From contig CM120640.1 in NCBI GenBank assembly GCA_051362555.1, forward strand, positions 47,594,788 through 47,658,787: 64,000 bases of DNA. Direction: 5' to 3'. Origin of the DNA: Lingula anatina (Eukaryota; Animalia; Brachiopoda). Shown here piece by piece: positions 37,527 through 52,091 of the stretch. Below the pieces are notes generated by a model. That model made no database searches, was not told the DNA's origin, and saw only the letters and a program-made list of their open reading frames with translations. The first letter of the stretch is position 1; each line of letters begins with the position of its first letter. The translations under genes and the position numbers were made by a program.

Positions 37527-39020
37527 TTCAGTAGAATAAACATGAGTTCAGTAGAATAAACATATGGGATGTACTTATGTACCTATTTTGGCAATGTACA
37601 TCTTTTGACAAGACATGTTCTCTGAAAGAGCTTCTTTGGAACAAATGCAGATCCGTAGTACCACTGCCAAGATGCTTTTCTCTTGACAAAATTATCTTAC
37701 TTCTGCTGAAGATTCTTATTAGAATGACCTTTCATTGGTTCCTGTTTTGTTTCCTGAAACTTAAGGTTAAAAGGTATTAGTTACACCTTTGTGACTTTTC
37801 CAAACACAAAACAATTAGAGAATTGACTTCCTGGAGGTTGTTTCATTGATACGATATGTAGTAGATGTCGAAAGTGTCAAGAACCATCATAAGTAAGGTT
37901 TTGTGCAGCTGATCTTTTTAAATTATTATTATTATTATGACTTAACTTTCTAGAAATTAGAAAATGCATGGACACCTTACAAAACAATTTTTCTCATTCC
38001 CTTGGTAAAGTGACAGACCGAAGGATGTTAATTTTTTATTTACTCCCAAACAGATGCATAACCATGAAGCAGTGGGTATGTATAGTTATAAACAAGGAAG
38101 TTTGTGCCCCAAAATTTTGTATTGCTACTTGTTTTATCACGTGTAGTTATGTAAATATTAAATTCAGTTGCTCCAAGAGTTCTTAACATGTGCTAAAAGT
38201 AATTATTATAATAATGTAACAAATTATCATTGTTTATGTGAAAACTAGCTTTAAATTAAATTAAATTAATATTAATAGGTAACACAGAAAGTTATATTTT
38301 CACAGGTAAAATACATTTAAATACTATACATATATACTATATATATTGTAATTTTTTTTATTTTAGATTGCAATATTTGTTGAAGAACAAAAGAACATGT
38401 CTTTATGGGAAGTGAGGTTATCGACACAGTAACTTATTTTGTGGTAGAAACCTAGCAAGTTATAGGTCTAAATATACAAAAAAAAAAAAAAAAAAAAAAT
38501 CCTTGCTGATGAGCTGTATTTTCTTTTAAAATGCTGTTATTATTAGACAATGGTGCAAATGATTACAATAAACTATCATTTTTTATTAAATCACTGCAAT
38601 TTAAAATATGCTTGAATATACAAACCTATATAATGCGATGTTGTGCAAATACTTTAATATTTTTAAAAAATAATTTTCTTAAGCACCATCTAGGTACATT
38701 CACAGCCAGCCTCTGTTACATAGTTTGTAAAACTCTACACATGGATTCATGTTATATTTATCAGTATAAAATATGGTGTCAACTAATTTTTCAGTGAATA
38801 TATGCACTTTGAACATAACCTTTGACACATTTGAGAACATTAGTGCATTCAATCTAATGATACAGAACGCAGCTTATTTCACTATCACTATATAAAGTAT
38901 AGTAGTGTGACATCTGATAGTAGTAAAAGTTTTACTATACTCATGGGCTGTTCCTTTTTGCTGTGCATTTCTGTCATTATTTAGCAAATTACCTAAACCC
39001 CAAATTCCTTTAACCTTTTT

Positions 39021-41258
39021 ATGTACAGACACAGATGTGTCTGTACATATTGCCATCACCTGCGTCTGTCGTTGCCGTCGCCGTCGCCGATGCCGGCGCC
39101 GTGCACTTTCCTTGTAAACACGATAAGTGGAGGGCAGTTTTACTTTTTGGCTTTATATTTACAGAGCTGATGAATATTCATAAAACGCAGGTCAAGTTCG
39201 AAAATCAGCATGATCGGGCCATTATTGTATAAGTTATGCTGTTTTCTTCACTTTTCAGCGTATATGCAACCCTGTAAACACATTTTAAGGAAAACCGTTA
39301 GGCCTGTTGTCATGAAACTCACAGGAATAATCAATTTTACTAAAACACAGGTCAAGTTCGAAAATCGGCTTGATCGGGCCACTATTTTGGTAGTTATGCT
39401 GTTTTTTTCATTTTTCAGCATATATGCAACACCGTAAACACAATATAAGAAAAACAGATGGGCCAATTGTCATTAAACTCACAGGAGTGGTTAGAAGTTA
39501 TACTGTTTTTTCACATTTCCTCAGATTCATCTCTTAGGCAAGTTAACAGTCTCATTATTTAACTAATAAGACATGTAAAAGTGTTTGTTTGACATTTCCT
39601 GCATCTTTATATCATTGTTAGTTGATTATGTAAAAATGATGGTAAACTTGTTATCGTGTATTGTGTAATAAAGTTTCAAAAATGGAAATAAACTCATATC
39701 ATTGCAGTTTGTCAGATTCAATCATTTACTATGTTCAGAATCTTAGAATGGAGGAAATTGGACATTTAACACTGTTGTATTGATATTTTTCCCATCTCAT
39801 CAATTTTCTTAGTTGATCATATAAAAATGGCAGTAACCTGTTAATTTTGTTTTATGTTAAAAAAATTGTTAAAAATGAAAAAAAAAAAAAACATTTCAGA
39901 ACAGTGCTATTTTGTTTACATTTTGGCATTTTCAAGTTGTGACTTTGAAGTTCCATGGGCCTGAAGACCTTTGCTAGTCACATTTTCTGAATATCCATGA
40001 TACTAATATTATATTTTTAAAAATTGATGGTCATTATGCTGTTAAACATTATGTAATATTGCATCAAATTTTGAAAAAAAAATTATTTTGGGCACTGCTC
40101 CCATGATGACCATTTAAGAAAAACCATGTCACTTACTGTTCTCAAACAGTACAGTAAATATGTACAGATGTGTTTGTACATATTGCCATCACCTGCGTCT
40201 GTCGTCGCCGTCGCTGTCGCCAGCGCCAGCGCCGTGCACTTTCATTGTAAACACGATAAGTGGAGGGCAGTTTTACTTTTTGGCTTAATATTTACAGAGC
40301 TGATGAATATTCATAAAACGCAGGTCAAGTTCGAAAATCAGCATGATCGGGCCATTATTGTATAAGTTATGCTGTTTTTTTTTCACTTTTCAGCGTATAT
40401 GCAACCCTGTAAACACATTTTAAGGAAAACCGTTAGGCCTGTTGTCATGAAACTCACAGGAATAATCAGTCTTACTAAAACACAGGTTAAGTTCGAAAAT
40501 CGGCATGATCGGGCCACTATTTTAGTAGTTATGCTGTTTTTTCACATTTCCTCAGATTCAGTTCTTAGGCAATGTTAACAAAAAAACTATTTTGGCCACT
40601 GCTCCCATGATGACCATTTAAGAAAAACCATGTCACTTACTGTTCTTAAACTTACAGGAAAGAAACATGGGATTAAAATACAGCTTCAGTAGGCAATGCA
40701 GTCTGTTTGGTAATTCTTACTGCCAGTTAAACAGTTTTTTTGTGAAAATTTAATTTTTCACATATTGGCATTTCCAAGGTGTGACTTTTAAGTTCCACAG
40801 GCTTGAAGACCCATGCTAGTCACATTTTCTGAAAATCCATGATACGTATATTTTGTTATTAAAGATTGACGTACATCATGCTGTTAAGCATTATGTAATT
40901 TGTCATCAGAATAGAAGAAAACACAATTTTGGGTGCTGCTGCCATGATGACCATTATGGGAAAATCATGTTACTTATGATTGCCAAACTTTCATAAAAGA
41001 AATACAGGACCAAAATGCAGCCCGAGTTGGAAAAGCAGTCTAATTGGCTTCTTTTTCTGGAAGTTATACATTTTCAAATTGTGAACTTGTTACACATTTT
41101 ACTTACATTGGTATTACCTGTTGAGCATAATTAAAATTTGATGTTGAATTTGCAGTTTAACATAATGTACTTTTGCATCAGAATTGACAGTAGCCTATTT
41201 TGTGGATCGTTATTTCCTGTTTTTTGTCTGTACATTTGACAGCTTTGCTGCCTTGTTT
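39021..41258 (+). mobile_element. Helentron-type HINE, head-to-tail dimer
   Basis: TTTTT|ATGTACAGACAC-AGAT-GTGTCTGTACAT 5' hairpin, (GTCGCC)n tract and internal ~120-bp repeats. A second 5' end restarts at ~40160. A single 3' end has subTIR TGTCTGTACAT (41225-41235), stem-loop GACAGCTTTGCTGCC and TTGTTT. No TSD; T-rich target. Confidence 0.8.
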
Positions 41259-41648
41259 GCAATATTGACATCGTTTTTAAAAAACCTAGAACATATTTTT
41301 TATGTGAAACAAAGCGTGGGAATCCATAAAATCTGCAAGCTTTCCATGGAAATTCATTGCTTATGTTTATCAGATCTAGGTCAAGAAATCATGTGAACCT
41401 GTTTCCACTACTTTGATTGGTTTTAAGGGTTGAGTGGCAGGGCTTTATTTCAGACAAAATATAATCGCAATGAACTGTAGGATTGTGCATTTTTCATGGT
41501 ACGAACTTTTTTGGCTGTTTATCATTGTGTACAGTGAAAAGTGTGTACCCCTGTGATTCTTTTAATGATTGTGTTTCTAGACACCTTTTTGGCCTATCAG
41601 GTGGCAGCCTATTGGGAGGACTGCATGGGAATTCTAGCTCTAATTTAA

Positions 41649-42814
41649 GGATGTAGATAACAGGGGTAGCTATCTTCTAAACCGGCCAAGATATACCAAC
41701 ATGTTACATATCAATAGAAAGCTTATTTCAACAGCTCTTCATTTCATATCCTTATTTTATTATGCAATCGTTACGTAATGAGATATAATGCTTAATAGGT
41801 GTGCTCAACATGATCTTTACACCTTAAAAACTAGAAGTCCACTACAAATGGACATGTGTAGACAGCTTGACTGGTGAGCCCTCATAGGGATCAACAAGAA
41901 TGCGCCTCAAATTAGCGATATGTGTTAAATTAGCAGAGATATCAAAATAAACTTGGTTTCCAGTTCAACGAGACCCCCTAGCCTAACTAAAGCATGCCTA
42001 AGTTGAAAACGGAGCTGATGTTATGAAATCCCAGACACATACTTTCAGACAAACCTTAGATCTAATGAATGAATACCAGCTTTCATCTGTTGAGAGTTCT
42101 AATTAATTTTGACACTGGTCTAAATCGTTCTCTTGAAGCCATAAACTGAAGCGGAGAAATCAGCCTTTTAGTGCTCCCCGGAGATTCCAACGTTATATAA
42201 TCAGTGAGCTGCATTGGCAAGCTGAGAAATTTAGTTATTTATACTGGTTCAGCCCTCTACTCACTGCCTATGTAACTGTCACTATGTCTTTCATCCATTT
42301 TCAACATTATTATTGAACATTTTCATCCGGAGGCCCCCTCCATGCATTGACAGCAGCCACCATGTTAGTCGTGACGTCAGCCTTCTTCACCACGTGACAC
42401 CTAGGGGGAGTGCCTTTGCCCATATACGTCTCATCTATATGTCTGCTTTTTAAAGCTTTAATAGATCGTCAGAATTAAGTTCACTGATAAATTCAAAATG
42501 AAAAGTATTGTTTGGCAAATGAAAGCGCGACGTTACTCACAGAATGTGAAAGGCTTAGCAGCAATCTAGTACGGGAAATGTACAGCTGCACAGTGGAGCT
42601 GCCAATCAAACACATATATGGACAAGTGTGACCTACTTTAAAACTCAGACACGCTACCACAGGGGTAAATCAGCAATTAGGCTAAAATTACGGGTTTATT
42701 TGTAAACTTCCATTATTTTAAGATAGGCTGATATGTAGTTGATATTTCATCTATCTAATACTGACAAATTCAGAAAAACACCCAAATTTTGACAATTTAC
42801 TGTTAATTACTACC
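41649..42814. mobile_element. ~1.17-kb non-autonomous Kolobok-like DNA transposon
   Basis: TTAA|GGATGTAGATAACAG ... CTGTTAATTACTACC|TTAA (imperfect TIR, TTAA duplication); CpG-rich interior against CpG-poor flanks. Confidence 0.65.
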
Positions 42815-45800
42815 TTAAGCAACATACATATGTATTAAGCCTTCTCTGGATGGCACTGGATACTCTTTTACCCCCAAGGGCGTTGTTAGAATATAAAAAC
42901 CTGGGAACTGCATGGCCAAATTTCCTGAGCAACACAAGAGGCAATGCCCTGCTTGTGAATGTATCCAAGACATCTCTTCTTCAAAGACCTTAATAGTTCT
43001 ATTGGTTCTCTCAAAGAGTTCTCTTGCTCCTCTTTAAAAAAGATTTTGTGGGCTTTGGAAGAGTATTCTTGGAAATGATGCCAGACTAGTGCATCGGTGA
43101 ATAAAAGCTGATCGACTTTACCCAATATTTATCTGGTTGTTTTCCCTTTAAGTTATGTCTTATATTACAACAGCACAAATATGCAATGTTTTGTGTATCA
43201 CTTTTGTATGACTTTCTAAGACAACCAGCCTGATGAGTTTCACTCTAATACTAAATAAATAACCCCCCTCACAAAGATTCTCCTACATTTTCTAGTCTCA
43301 TATTGCAGCACATATGATTTCCATTATTAAGGTACTGGTATAGACTATGGACTTTAAACCAATCTATGAATTGAAGTGACATTACACAGGCTAACACAAG
43401 TAAAATTTTAAAAAAAAGCATTTGGAAAAAAGAAAAAAGAATTTGATCATTAAGTATTTTTTAACAAATATCAGTGTTAACTGATTAAATCTGAGAATTC
43501 TGCCAACTAATTTTTTTAACCTGAGTGAAGTTAAGTAAATTGAGATAGCATTTTTCAGTCAATGCCTATTCTTGGAAGACACTTCACTTTAAAAAATTTA
43601 ATTTGGCTATTACCTGAAAAGTTACCTTAATGGAGCCTCCATGCTCAACATAGGCACTTATTCAAATTAATTGTGATTGGTCCAAAAAGTCCAACCTGTG
43701 AAAAGGAGGAAAAAACCCATAGCATAATAACATGTTGGGACCAGTCTAAGTGTTTCAATATAGATGTTGAAAAGACAATGCATGATGTGAAATGGGTCTT
43801 GGCCTCTATTCTGACAATCAGATTTGCAGGCAGTCTGACCAAAGGTTCCTATGAAATTTTGTCAATTTGATACTTTGTAAGTCATGATCCGATTGTTTTA
43901 AATCTGCATGTATAAAAAGGTCAAGCCCTGCCAGAAACTCTGATTATCTACAGGCAATGAATTCCTCAAAGGATTTAATGGCTTTCAGTTACTTTTGAGA
44001 CAATTGTTTGTAGCATTATGGAAGCATTCACCCTGCTCAGTGGTTGAAGTAGCAACCCAAGTGAGTTAGGATTGACATTATCTTTATGAAACAATAGCTT
44101 TTGATTGGTGTCCATGCACAAAAAATCAATACCGTGACAGTTGTAATTGATCAGGAAAGTTAGAGACACAGCCATTCCTTTTATTATTTGATAATCTGAG
44201 AGACATATCAGCATGGATGTTATATATATAGTGTCTCCAAAGTAACTTTTCCTGTGTAAATGTATTCTGTAGTCTCTGTCAAAATTCAGATTGATCATGC
44301 ACTAAGTATTTCATCATCGATAATTGCATAAACAATGTATTTTCCACTTACTGATGCATTTTCAGGTCTGAAAAATCACTTTTTAATTTGTTTTTCATAC
44401 AGCTGCTTATAGACTGGCAATCTGATTATTTCTTTTATTTATTGGGTATGAAGCTTTATAAACTGTTGGCCATATGCATTAATGGTAGAATCAGAGACAT
44501 TTCTCTCTCGTAGATACTGGTCTTCACTTTAGTAAAAACTATGCTAAAAATATTTCTCATTTGGCAGTCTGTATTCTCCACTAGAGGTGCCCAGTTTTGA
44601 AAAATACATTATCAAATGCATTGTTATTTCTTAACACAATATTAAGCTAAATATTCTCTTTTCCACACCCAGTGAGTCAAAAACAACCCAACTGGTTTGC
44701 AAGTTTTGACTGCCTCCCCCTTTGGAAAATCTACCAAAAAGGAATCAGCAGAATCATGAGTTCAGATATGATACCCATGTTGTACTGGTACCTATACCTT
44801 TGACTGTGCATTTGATTACATTACTGTCTAGAATTTTTCTGTGATTTTTCAGTTAAGTTAGTTAACCTGTAAACCATGTCAGGTCAGATTATTTACGTAC
44901 TCTGTTTTCTTGCTCAATAACTGTAGATCCTTTGAACTGCTGAAATACAGCAGGTGTTTTGTAAGACAAGTGGAAATTGATTTTTTTTTCATGTTCAAAT
45001 ATAATACATTTTTTCAGGTGGGTATCCTTTTTCATTTCCCTTCATTTGCAACAGGTCATGCCTCATGTAATCACAATCAAAAGTTGTAAAGGTGCTTCAG
45101 AATAGTAAGGGCTAAATTCCACCAGAAGAGATGGTCCATTGGGTATCACCTTAACAACTAACAGGATTTTCAATCTGCAAGGACCATTTTTTTTTCACTG
45201 GCATCAGCTTTAGTTAATCTAGATTGAAAGAACTCAGCCAATTATTTTCTTTACATTTGATCCTCTTATAAGGCTAGAGTTCTTGTTTCACTTTCCTGCA
45301 CATTTGCACGCAATATTACTGAGGGGAAATAAGTAACAAGGTAATTAAAGTAATCCTAATACCTTGAGCCTAATGCTTATTGAAACAAGGTATTTTGTTG
45401 GTGTCCGGATGGTTATTGAAGCTCTGAACAGCTTTGTTATGTTAAACTAATGATAGAAAGAACTTTAGAAACACTTTACATGCAAATGGTGTTTCAAACA
45501 AAAACTAATTTTAACTTCTGATAAATAACAGCTGCTGAATTACACATTATGGTTAATTCCAATCTTTTAACTTAATTATTACAGAAACCATCTCTAAGTT
45601 TTGAGAATGAAGTTTTTTAATTATCTTTGGCTTTGATAGGAATAATTAAAAGTACCCCTTCTGTCTGCTTCTAGTATGTAAACTTCTAAAACAAATTAAT
45701 GTTTGTCTTAAAGGAGACCAGAATCAGTAACAAAATGGCTTGAACAAATATTCTTCAGAAAATTTGCCCGGAAGACAAATGATTTATCAAAAGACACAAA

Positions 45801-45834
45801 TTGGGTGTTTGTTATGCAGTAAGCTTTAATAACA

Positions 45835-45933
45835 ATTATTATTATTATTATTAGTGGTAGTAGTAGTAGTAGTAGCAGTAGTAGTAGCAGTAGTAGTAGC
45901 AGCAGTAGTAGTAGTAGTAGTAGTAGTAGTAGC
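45835..45933. repeat. Compound (ATT)n-(AGT/AGC)n microsatellite
   Basis: Seen directly; it produces the poly-Leu/Ile ORF 45708..45935. Confidence 0.95.
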
Positions 45934-46567
45934 ATTTTATTTTATCTTTTTTTTTTTGCTAGGTCTGGAAGTAAATGACCTACGTCTGGTACACAATACT
46001 TGCTAAATCATGATATCTCATAGTTAAAGGATCTCGTTTTTTCCCAAACTCTTGATAGCAACCAATGGTCATTCACTTTCTTACCTGAGGGGTTAAATTT
46101 ACCATTGTGAAGTCATTTGCCTGTCAATTTAATAACACTGAGCAACTGTTACTGCCTTAAATGAGCATTAATGTCATTTCTACTCAATACAAGGGAAATA
46201 AAAAGCAATTTACTTTTCACACTGTTCCTACCTCTGGAGATATACAGGTCTACTATTAATTGCTACAATTAAAAGTGTCATAGCCCTCCAAATTTGAGAG
46301 ATCTTAAGAGCTCACCCCTGTAGTCTTCACAAGTAATTACTTGTGTCTCAAGGCCTTAAAATATTGTTTTTCATCAGGGTAAATTTTGAAAGCTGTGTGT
46401 GTGTGTGTGTGTGTGTGTTTCATTTCAGCAACTATTTCTTCACAGACCATGTGACCCATATCTGTCAATGCATTTTTGAATGTTAAATTGGTTGCTATAA
46501 AATATTTTTTTCTACAATTCAAAATTTATAGGCTGGGTTACATATATCTCTAATGTACAGATCATTT

Positions 46568-46598
<31 letters not shown>

Positions 46599-47284
46599 AT
46601 ATAAAACAAATATTTAAAAACCCATTCGGGTCTACTTTAATTTCATTAGTTAATCACACACTATACCAAAAAACTATGATGTAAATATTTAAACTTCTAA
46701 CCACCATTGAAAAAGAAAAGAAGGAAAGTGAGCAAAAATAGCTTTTAAAGAGTAGGTAATAGGAGTTTCCAAAGTAATTACCAAAACTTCCTTCATATGT
46801 GAAATATATTACAGCAATTTTCTGCAATTATTTTCACAGGAGATGCAAGAAGTCCAACCATACTTATATTAATAGACCCTGATCAAAGCAATTCTTAATT
46901 TGGTTCACATATATATGTGGATTACTTACCACATTTCACAGGTACTAAAGTGGCATTTTTCATGAGATTTTCCACCTTCCAAAGATTTATGCTCTTTATA
47001 TTTTCCATCTGCTTACGTTATTTTTTCATAGCAGTACTGATTTGGAGCTAATCTCTCTGCCTCTGACATCCCTACACCTGCTTCCAGAGAACATAATGTT
47101 CAGACTGGTAAACAAATTACATCAACTATATTAGCCTCAGTGTTTTGGTCTCATGGCCAGTCCTTAGGGAGTGCTGGTCTGAACTTATCCTAGAAATATA
47201 ATCCAACTGAACATAGTTTGATTTGGATATGTATAAAAAAATAATATTTAGAATGTGCCTCTTCACACAGCTTTATTTTGTGGT

Positions 47285-47439
<155 letters not shown>

Positions 47440-48000
47440 TTGTCTCGTGGTCTCCTGTTTAAGATTCTAGCATGGTTTAGATAGAACACCATTAGGGCAT
47501 GCAAAGCCTTGGGCTATTGGTTTGACACTTAGCCTCATTGGGACATGATCAAATCAATATGGGACTCCCAGTCAGGTTATGTTCATGCTAATTTGGAAGA
47601 CCCTATGCTGAAAAAGTGCAAGTTTTAAAGCTACTCCTTTGCTGCATGAGCTGACTTGGTGTTTAGTATCTACTTTGAATTCTTGTGTTGCAAGGGTTCC
47701 ATTTCTAGAAATACATGTAGCTGCAACTTTGAAGTTATGATATATGGTATAGTCAAGTAGCAGGATGTGAGAGGAAAGTACTGAAACTTTTTTTCTTGAG
47801 GGGCTGAAGGTTAACGTTTTTAATGGCCCGTGCTGAACCTAACTGCATGGTATAAAATACTGGAGATGATTGGAATGTGTTGAAGAAGGTAGAGGTGAGT
47901 ACAGTGGGTTATAAAGAGAGAGAATGAGATGATAAATATATATTGTCAAAGCTGCTTTCTATATTATTTAAATTTTTAGTTGAGTGGAATTAAAAATCCT

Positions 48001-48003
<3 letters not shown>

Positions 48004-48038
<35 letters not shown>
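48004..48038. repeat. (TC)n microsatellite
   Basis: Seen directly. Confidence 0.95.
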
Positions 48039-48041
<3 letters not shown>

Positions 48042-50595
48042 TGACTTTGTATATTCTTTATTGTATTAGAGAGAGACTGGAAACGATTAAATAGTTTTCA
48101 TCAGTCCTTTCTTAGATGAAATTTATATGATCAGTAGTGTGATCAACTGCATATTAATTTGATCAATAACAAATTTATAATGATGAATTTAAATGGGGTC
48201 ATTTCCTTTGAAATGCATGACTTATTTATTTGTTAGGAAAACAGTGAAGGGTGTATGTAGATGAAAAGTAATTATTCAAGAGCAACAGAAATTCTTCGGG
48301 GCTCTGTGAGGAATATATATTTTCTTGCCCACTCATCTGAGCCTATATATACATGTGTATGGGGTAATTAAAATATTACTTCTTTTCTTAGTCAAGTTGG
48401 CCAGTTGTGTAGTATTAAAATGCTTGTCACCACTGATTTTCATAAACTACAACTTTATTCACATTAATATTCTCATCATCCATTGCATTTGTGGTTCACC
48501 TGAACTTTTTTATTTTTGGGGTCACTCAGTGCATAATAAGAAGTTCTGCAACTTTCCTATGCTAGAGACAAATTCCTTAATCATCTCAGCCCCTATAAGG
48601 TCAAACTTTAAAATGTAGTTTCAATGCATCCATGAAGACAAAGAAAATATTGTATCTTAAGATGTAAGAATTATTAAATTTCCAGCAATATTGCCTCCTG
48701 TGTTTAAGCCCTTAAATACAGACAGTCTTGTCAATAATCCACTAGTAGAACCCTTCACCAGATAAATGCATCTATCATGAAATAATTTCAGATGTCTTTT
48801 TAAGTCCCTTGTTTCTCGTTACTTACTACATTTTTTTTCAGACTCCTGTTGAGTGACTTGGAATTCAGAAGCACATCCTTCTTTTAACATGTGTTGGACA
48901 TGGGGAATGAGATATTAAATTATCGGTAACACACAGGATACTACAGATTTTTTCAGGATAGGAGTACACAGACATCAATAATATATTTATATATCACCCC
49001 ATCAATTCTCTTCTCCATGCTTCTTTTAGGAAATCTGATTTGCTGTCTCTTCCCATTTCACCTATACATCTTCATTAAGCTGCCATATTATGACAAGAAT
49101 ACAGGAAAAGTATACATTTGCCATTAAATCTGACACCTGACTTTTGATGTTAGATGAATAGAAAAGTAAAAAAAAAATTATCCACTGTCAGTATACAATT
49201 GTGTTGTTTCAGTATAGATGCGTGTTAAGTATTCATCATAGGGATTAGATTTATTCAAAAGATACAGGATGGGTTAGAAATCTCTTGTGGATATTTTTCA
49301 AATCAGTCATGATAAAATGAGAAATAGGAATTTGATGATCTTGCAGTGGACTTGAAAGCTTGTACTAAAAGGCTGACTTACAATGTATTTTAGTGTCAAT
49401 AATAATAACAATCAAGATTTTATTTGTAAATTTCCACCAGATTTTTCTTGGACAGTGTGTATGTTTTACATCATATGCCATGGAAACCTTACTGTTATCA
49501 ACTCATTTCCTAAACAGAAACATTTATTTGAAGAAAAAAGACAATATTAGCAAATTGATAAAAATTACATTGTTTTATGAATTAATCATGAATTCCAAAT
49601 GAAAATATGTATAGATATATTTTGGAAGGTTGAATTAAAGGACAACTTGATTTAAACACCAGTTTTCTTCTAATAATACAATATTTCTGTGAATTATGGT
49701 TATTTCATAGCAGAATATTAGTACTCAACTTTTATAGGCTTTGACAGTTTTCTATATCATTTACATTAAGACATTATTTCTTAAATAAAAGCCTAAAAAC
49801 ATAGCTAAAAATCCCACTGTAAAAGCTTAATCTTTCAAGGATACTGCAAGTGCCAAAACCCCAATGCATAAAACAGATAATTTTCTTCTACTTAAATTGG
49901 TAAACAACTGTACACAGCTAATTCAATCAATAACAGCTTACTGATCAATGGAGGTGCTGGTGTTTACTGGTGGAAGGTGTTCTAGGATAGGGAATTTGGC
50001 AGATAAATTAGAAATTGATTTGTTACTTGTGAAGAATAATTGGTATTTGCCACATGTTATTATGGACATTTGTAAAAGATTATATGTTATTAAGATTTGT
50101 TTCACATTTACATGTAATAATATGAGGTAGATTGGTTACCACCTATCTTTCAATCTGCTGACTCTAATGATAAAATCAAATTTTTTAAAACTTTGAGTGG
50201 ATATACCTAATTACTTTTTATTTTGTGTGACCGTTTTTAAAATCCAATCTTGGTTTTACCAGCATTATTTCAGATGCCTTTGGTTTTATCAAAAGTTCAA
50301 TATTGTTTAATGCAAAATATGGCTTGCTTAAGGGCGCAGCTTCCTGATATAATTTTGTTTATGGCAAAGAGTCAGCAGGCATTAATTAAAGAAGTTTCTA
50401 TATTCTGTCTTCTTATTCATGTAATAACATTAGATTATGAGCAAAAGAAGTGGGCGCCAACTTATTGAATTTGAGCCTGTTGTTGCTATATTTATAGACA
50501 GTCAGATATTGGTCTGGACATACTGCAACCATCACCTGCATCTGATTTTGCTATTGCCACTGGCTTGCTGTCACCATGCACTTTTCTGGATTTTT

Positions 50596-51474
50596 ATGTA
50601 CAGACACAGACACAGACACAGACCCATATGTCTGTACATAAAACTGTCACCTGTGTTTGTCAATCCCGTCGTCGTCCCCATCCACTTTTAGTGTTATAAG
50701 GTCTGATATATAGGTCAAGTTAAAAAATTAGCTTGATTAGTTTACATTTACTGAAGTTAAGCTGTTATTTGTATATAAGTGGGTTTTCCTCAGATTCAAT
50801 TCTTAGGCATGTTTTAACATATTAAAATATGCGTTAAAGTGTTCTTTGACATTTTCTCTATCTTAACAATTTTTATATGTAAAAATGATTGTAAATATGT
50901 TATTGTGTATTGTGTAAGAGTGTCAAAAATAGAAATAAACTCACATCAGTGCAGTTTGTCAGATTCAATCCCTCATTATGTTCAGAATCTCAGAATGGAG
51001 CAAATTGGACCCTTAAAATTGTTCAATTGATATTTTCTCCATCTTAACAATTTTTATATGATCATTTAAAAGTGAAAGTAAATTGGTTGTTGTGTATTAT
51101 GTAATTAGTGTAATTAGTGTTGAAAGTGAAAATAACACATTTCAGTACTTGTGTACATATTGGCATTTTTAAGGCGTGACTCTGAATGTCCAAGGGCATG
51201 GAGGCCTTTGCTGGTCACATTCTCTAAATATCTATGTTACCTGCAGTGCACAGTTTTAAATTGATGGTGATTATAAGCTGTTAAGCATTATGCAACATTG
51301 CATCAAAATTGATAAAAAATATTTTGTGTACTGCCACTACAAATGCTCTAAATGCTACTTATGATTTTGTAACTTAAAAGACTGATTGACATTCAGCTCA
51401 AATTGGCAAACAGTTTGATTGGATTACTTTTCTTTCTTTTTGTCTGTACATTTGACAGCTTTGCTGCCTTGTTT
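50596..51474 (+). mobile_element. Helentron-type HINE, same family as 39021-41258
   Basis: TTTTT|ATGTACAGACAC..TGTCTGTACAT 5' end, shared internal blocks (CAGATTCAATC..TATGTTCAGAATCT), and an identical 3' end TGTCTGTACATTTGACAGCTTTGCTGCCTTGTTT. Confidence 0.8.
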
Positions 51475-51541
51475 ACTAATAAACATCGTATAAAGAAATG
51501 GTATACCTTATTATTCTCAAACTCACAGAAGTGATTCAGGA

Positions 51542-51618
51542 GGGGGCTTCTCGATATTTCGAAGGTGTATCCAATTAACCTTCGGACTATTGAACCTTCA
51601 GACTTTTGCTACGGCCCC
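51542..51618. mobile_element. 77-bp mini-element with 8-bp TSD (Merlin-like termini)
   Basis: ATTCAGGA duplicated at 51534-51541 and 51619-51626; GGGG...CCCC ends; internal AACCTTC(G/A)GACT repeats. Confidence 0.65.
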
Positions 51619-51889
51619 ATTCAGGATTAAAATGCACCTGGTTTTTGTAGAACCAGCCTGATCATATACTATTTAACTCGTCATATACTAATCATGTACT
51701 ACATTACTAAAGTTATGGAAAATTTTTACGTCTTGAAGGTTGTGAAAGAGGAATTGTCTGTGGTGTATTTGATATCAGACTTTCCATTAGGATGAGTATG
51801 GTATATAACTGAACATAACAGAATATGTCCCCTTCATATAATAAGTTTTAACTTGTGTAACTTAACAGACAGAGAAAAGATCACTTTCA

Positions 51890-52091
51890 TTTTATGGTGC
51901 TTGCCTGTCACCAACATTATGCAAAAATTTGTGGATAGATTTTGATGAAATTTACAGGATAGGTCAGAAATGGGCTTACCAAGCATAATCTCTTGGTGGT
52001 GATCCACTAATCAATTAATTGAATGATTGACTGATTGATGATAATGAGCAGTGTTGACAGACGTCTGCATTATCTGAGTGCTTTTCTAATT
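51890..52091 (+). mobile_element. Fragment of a second HINE family (3' end)
   Basis: GATTTTGATGAAATTT core, GGTGGTGATCC, and terminal GTCTGCATTATCTGAGTGCTTTTCTAATT stem-loop/CTART end typical of Helentron-derived elements. Confidence 0.45.

Noticed and set aside
39035-40578. Duplicated small ORFs (MCLYILPSPASVVAVAV...)
   Set aside because: Products of the HINE microsatellite and internal repeats, not genes.
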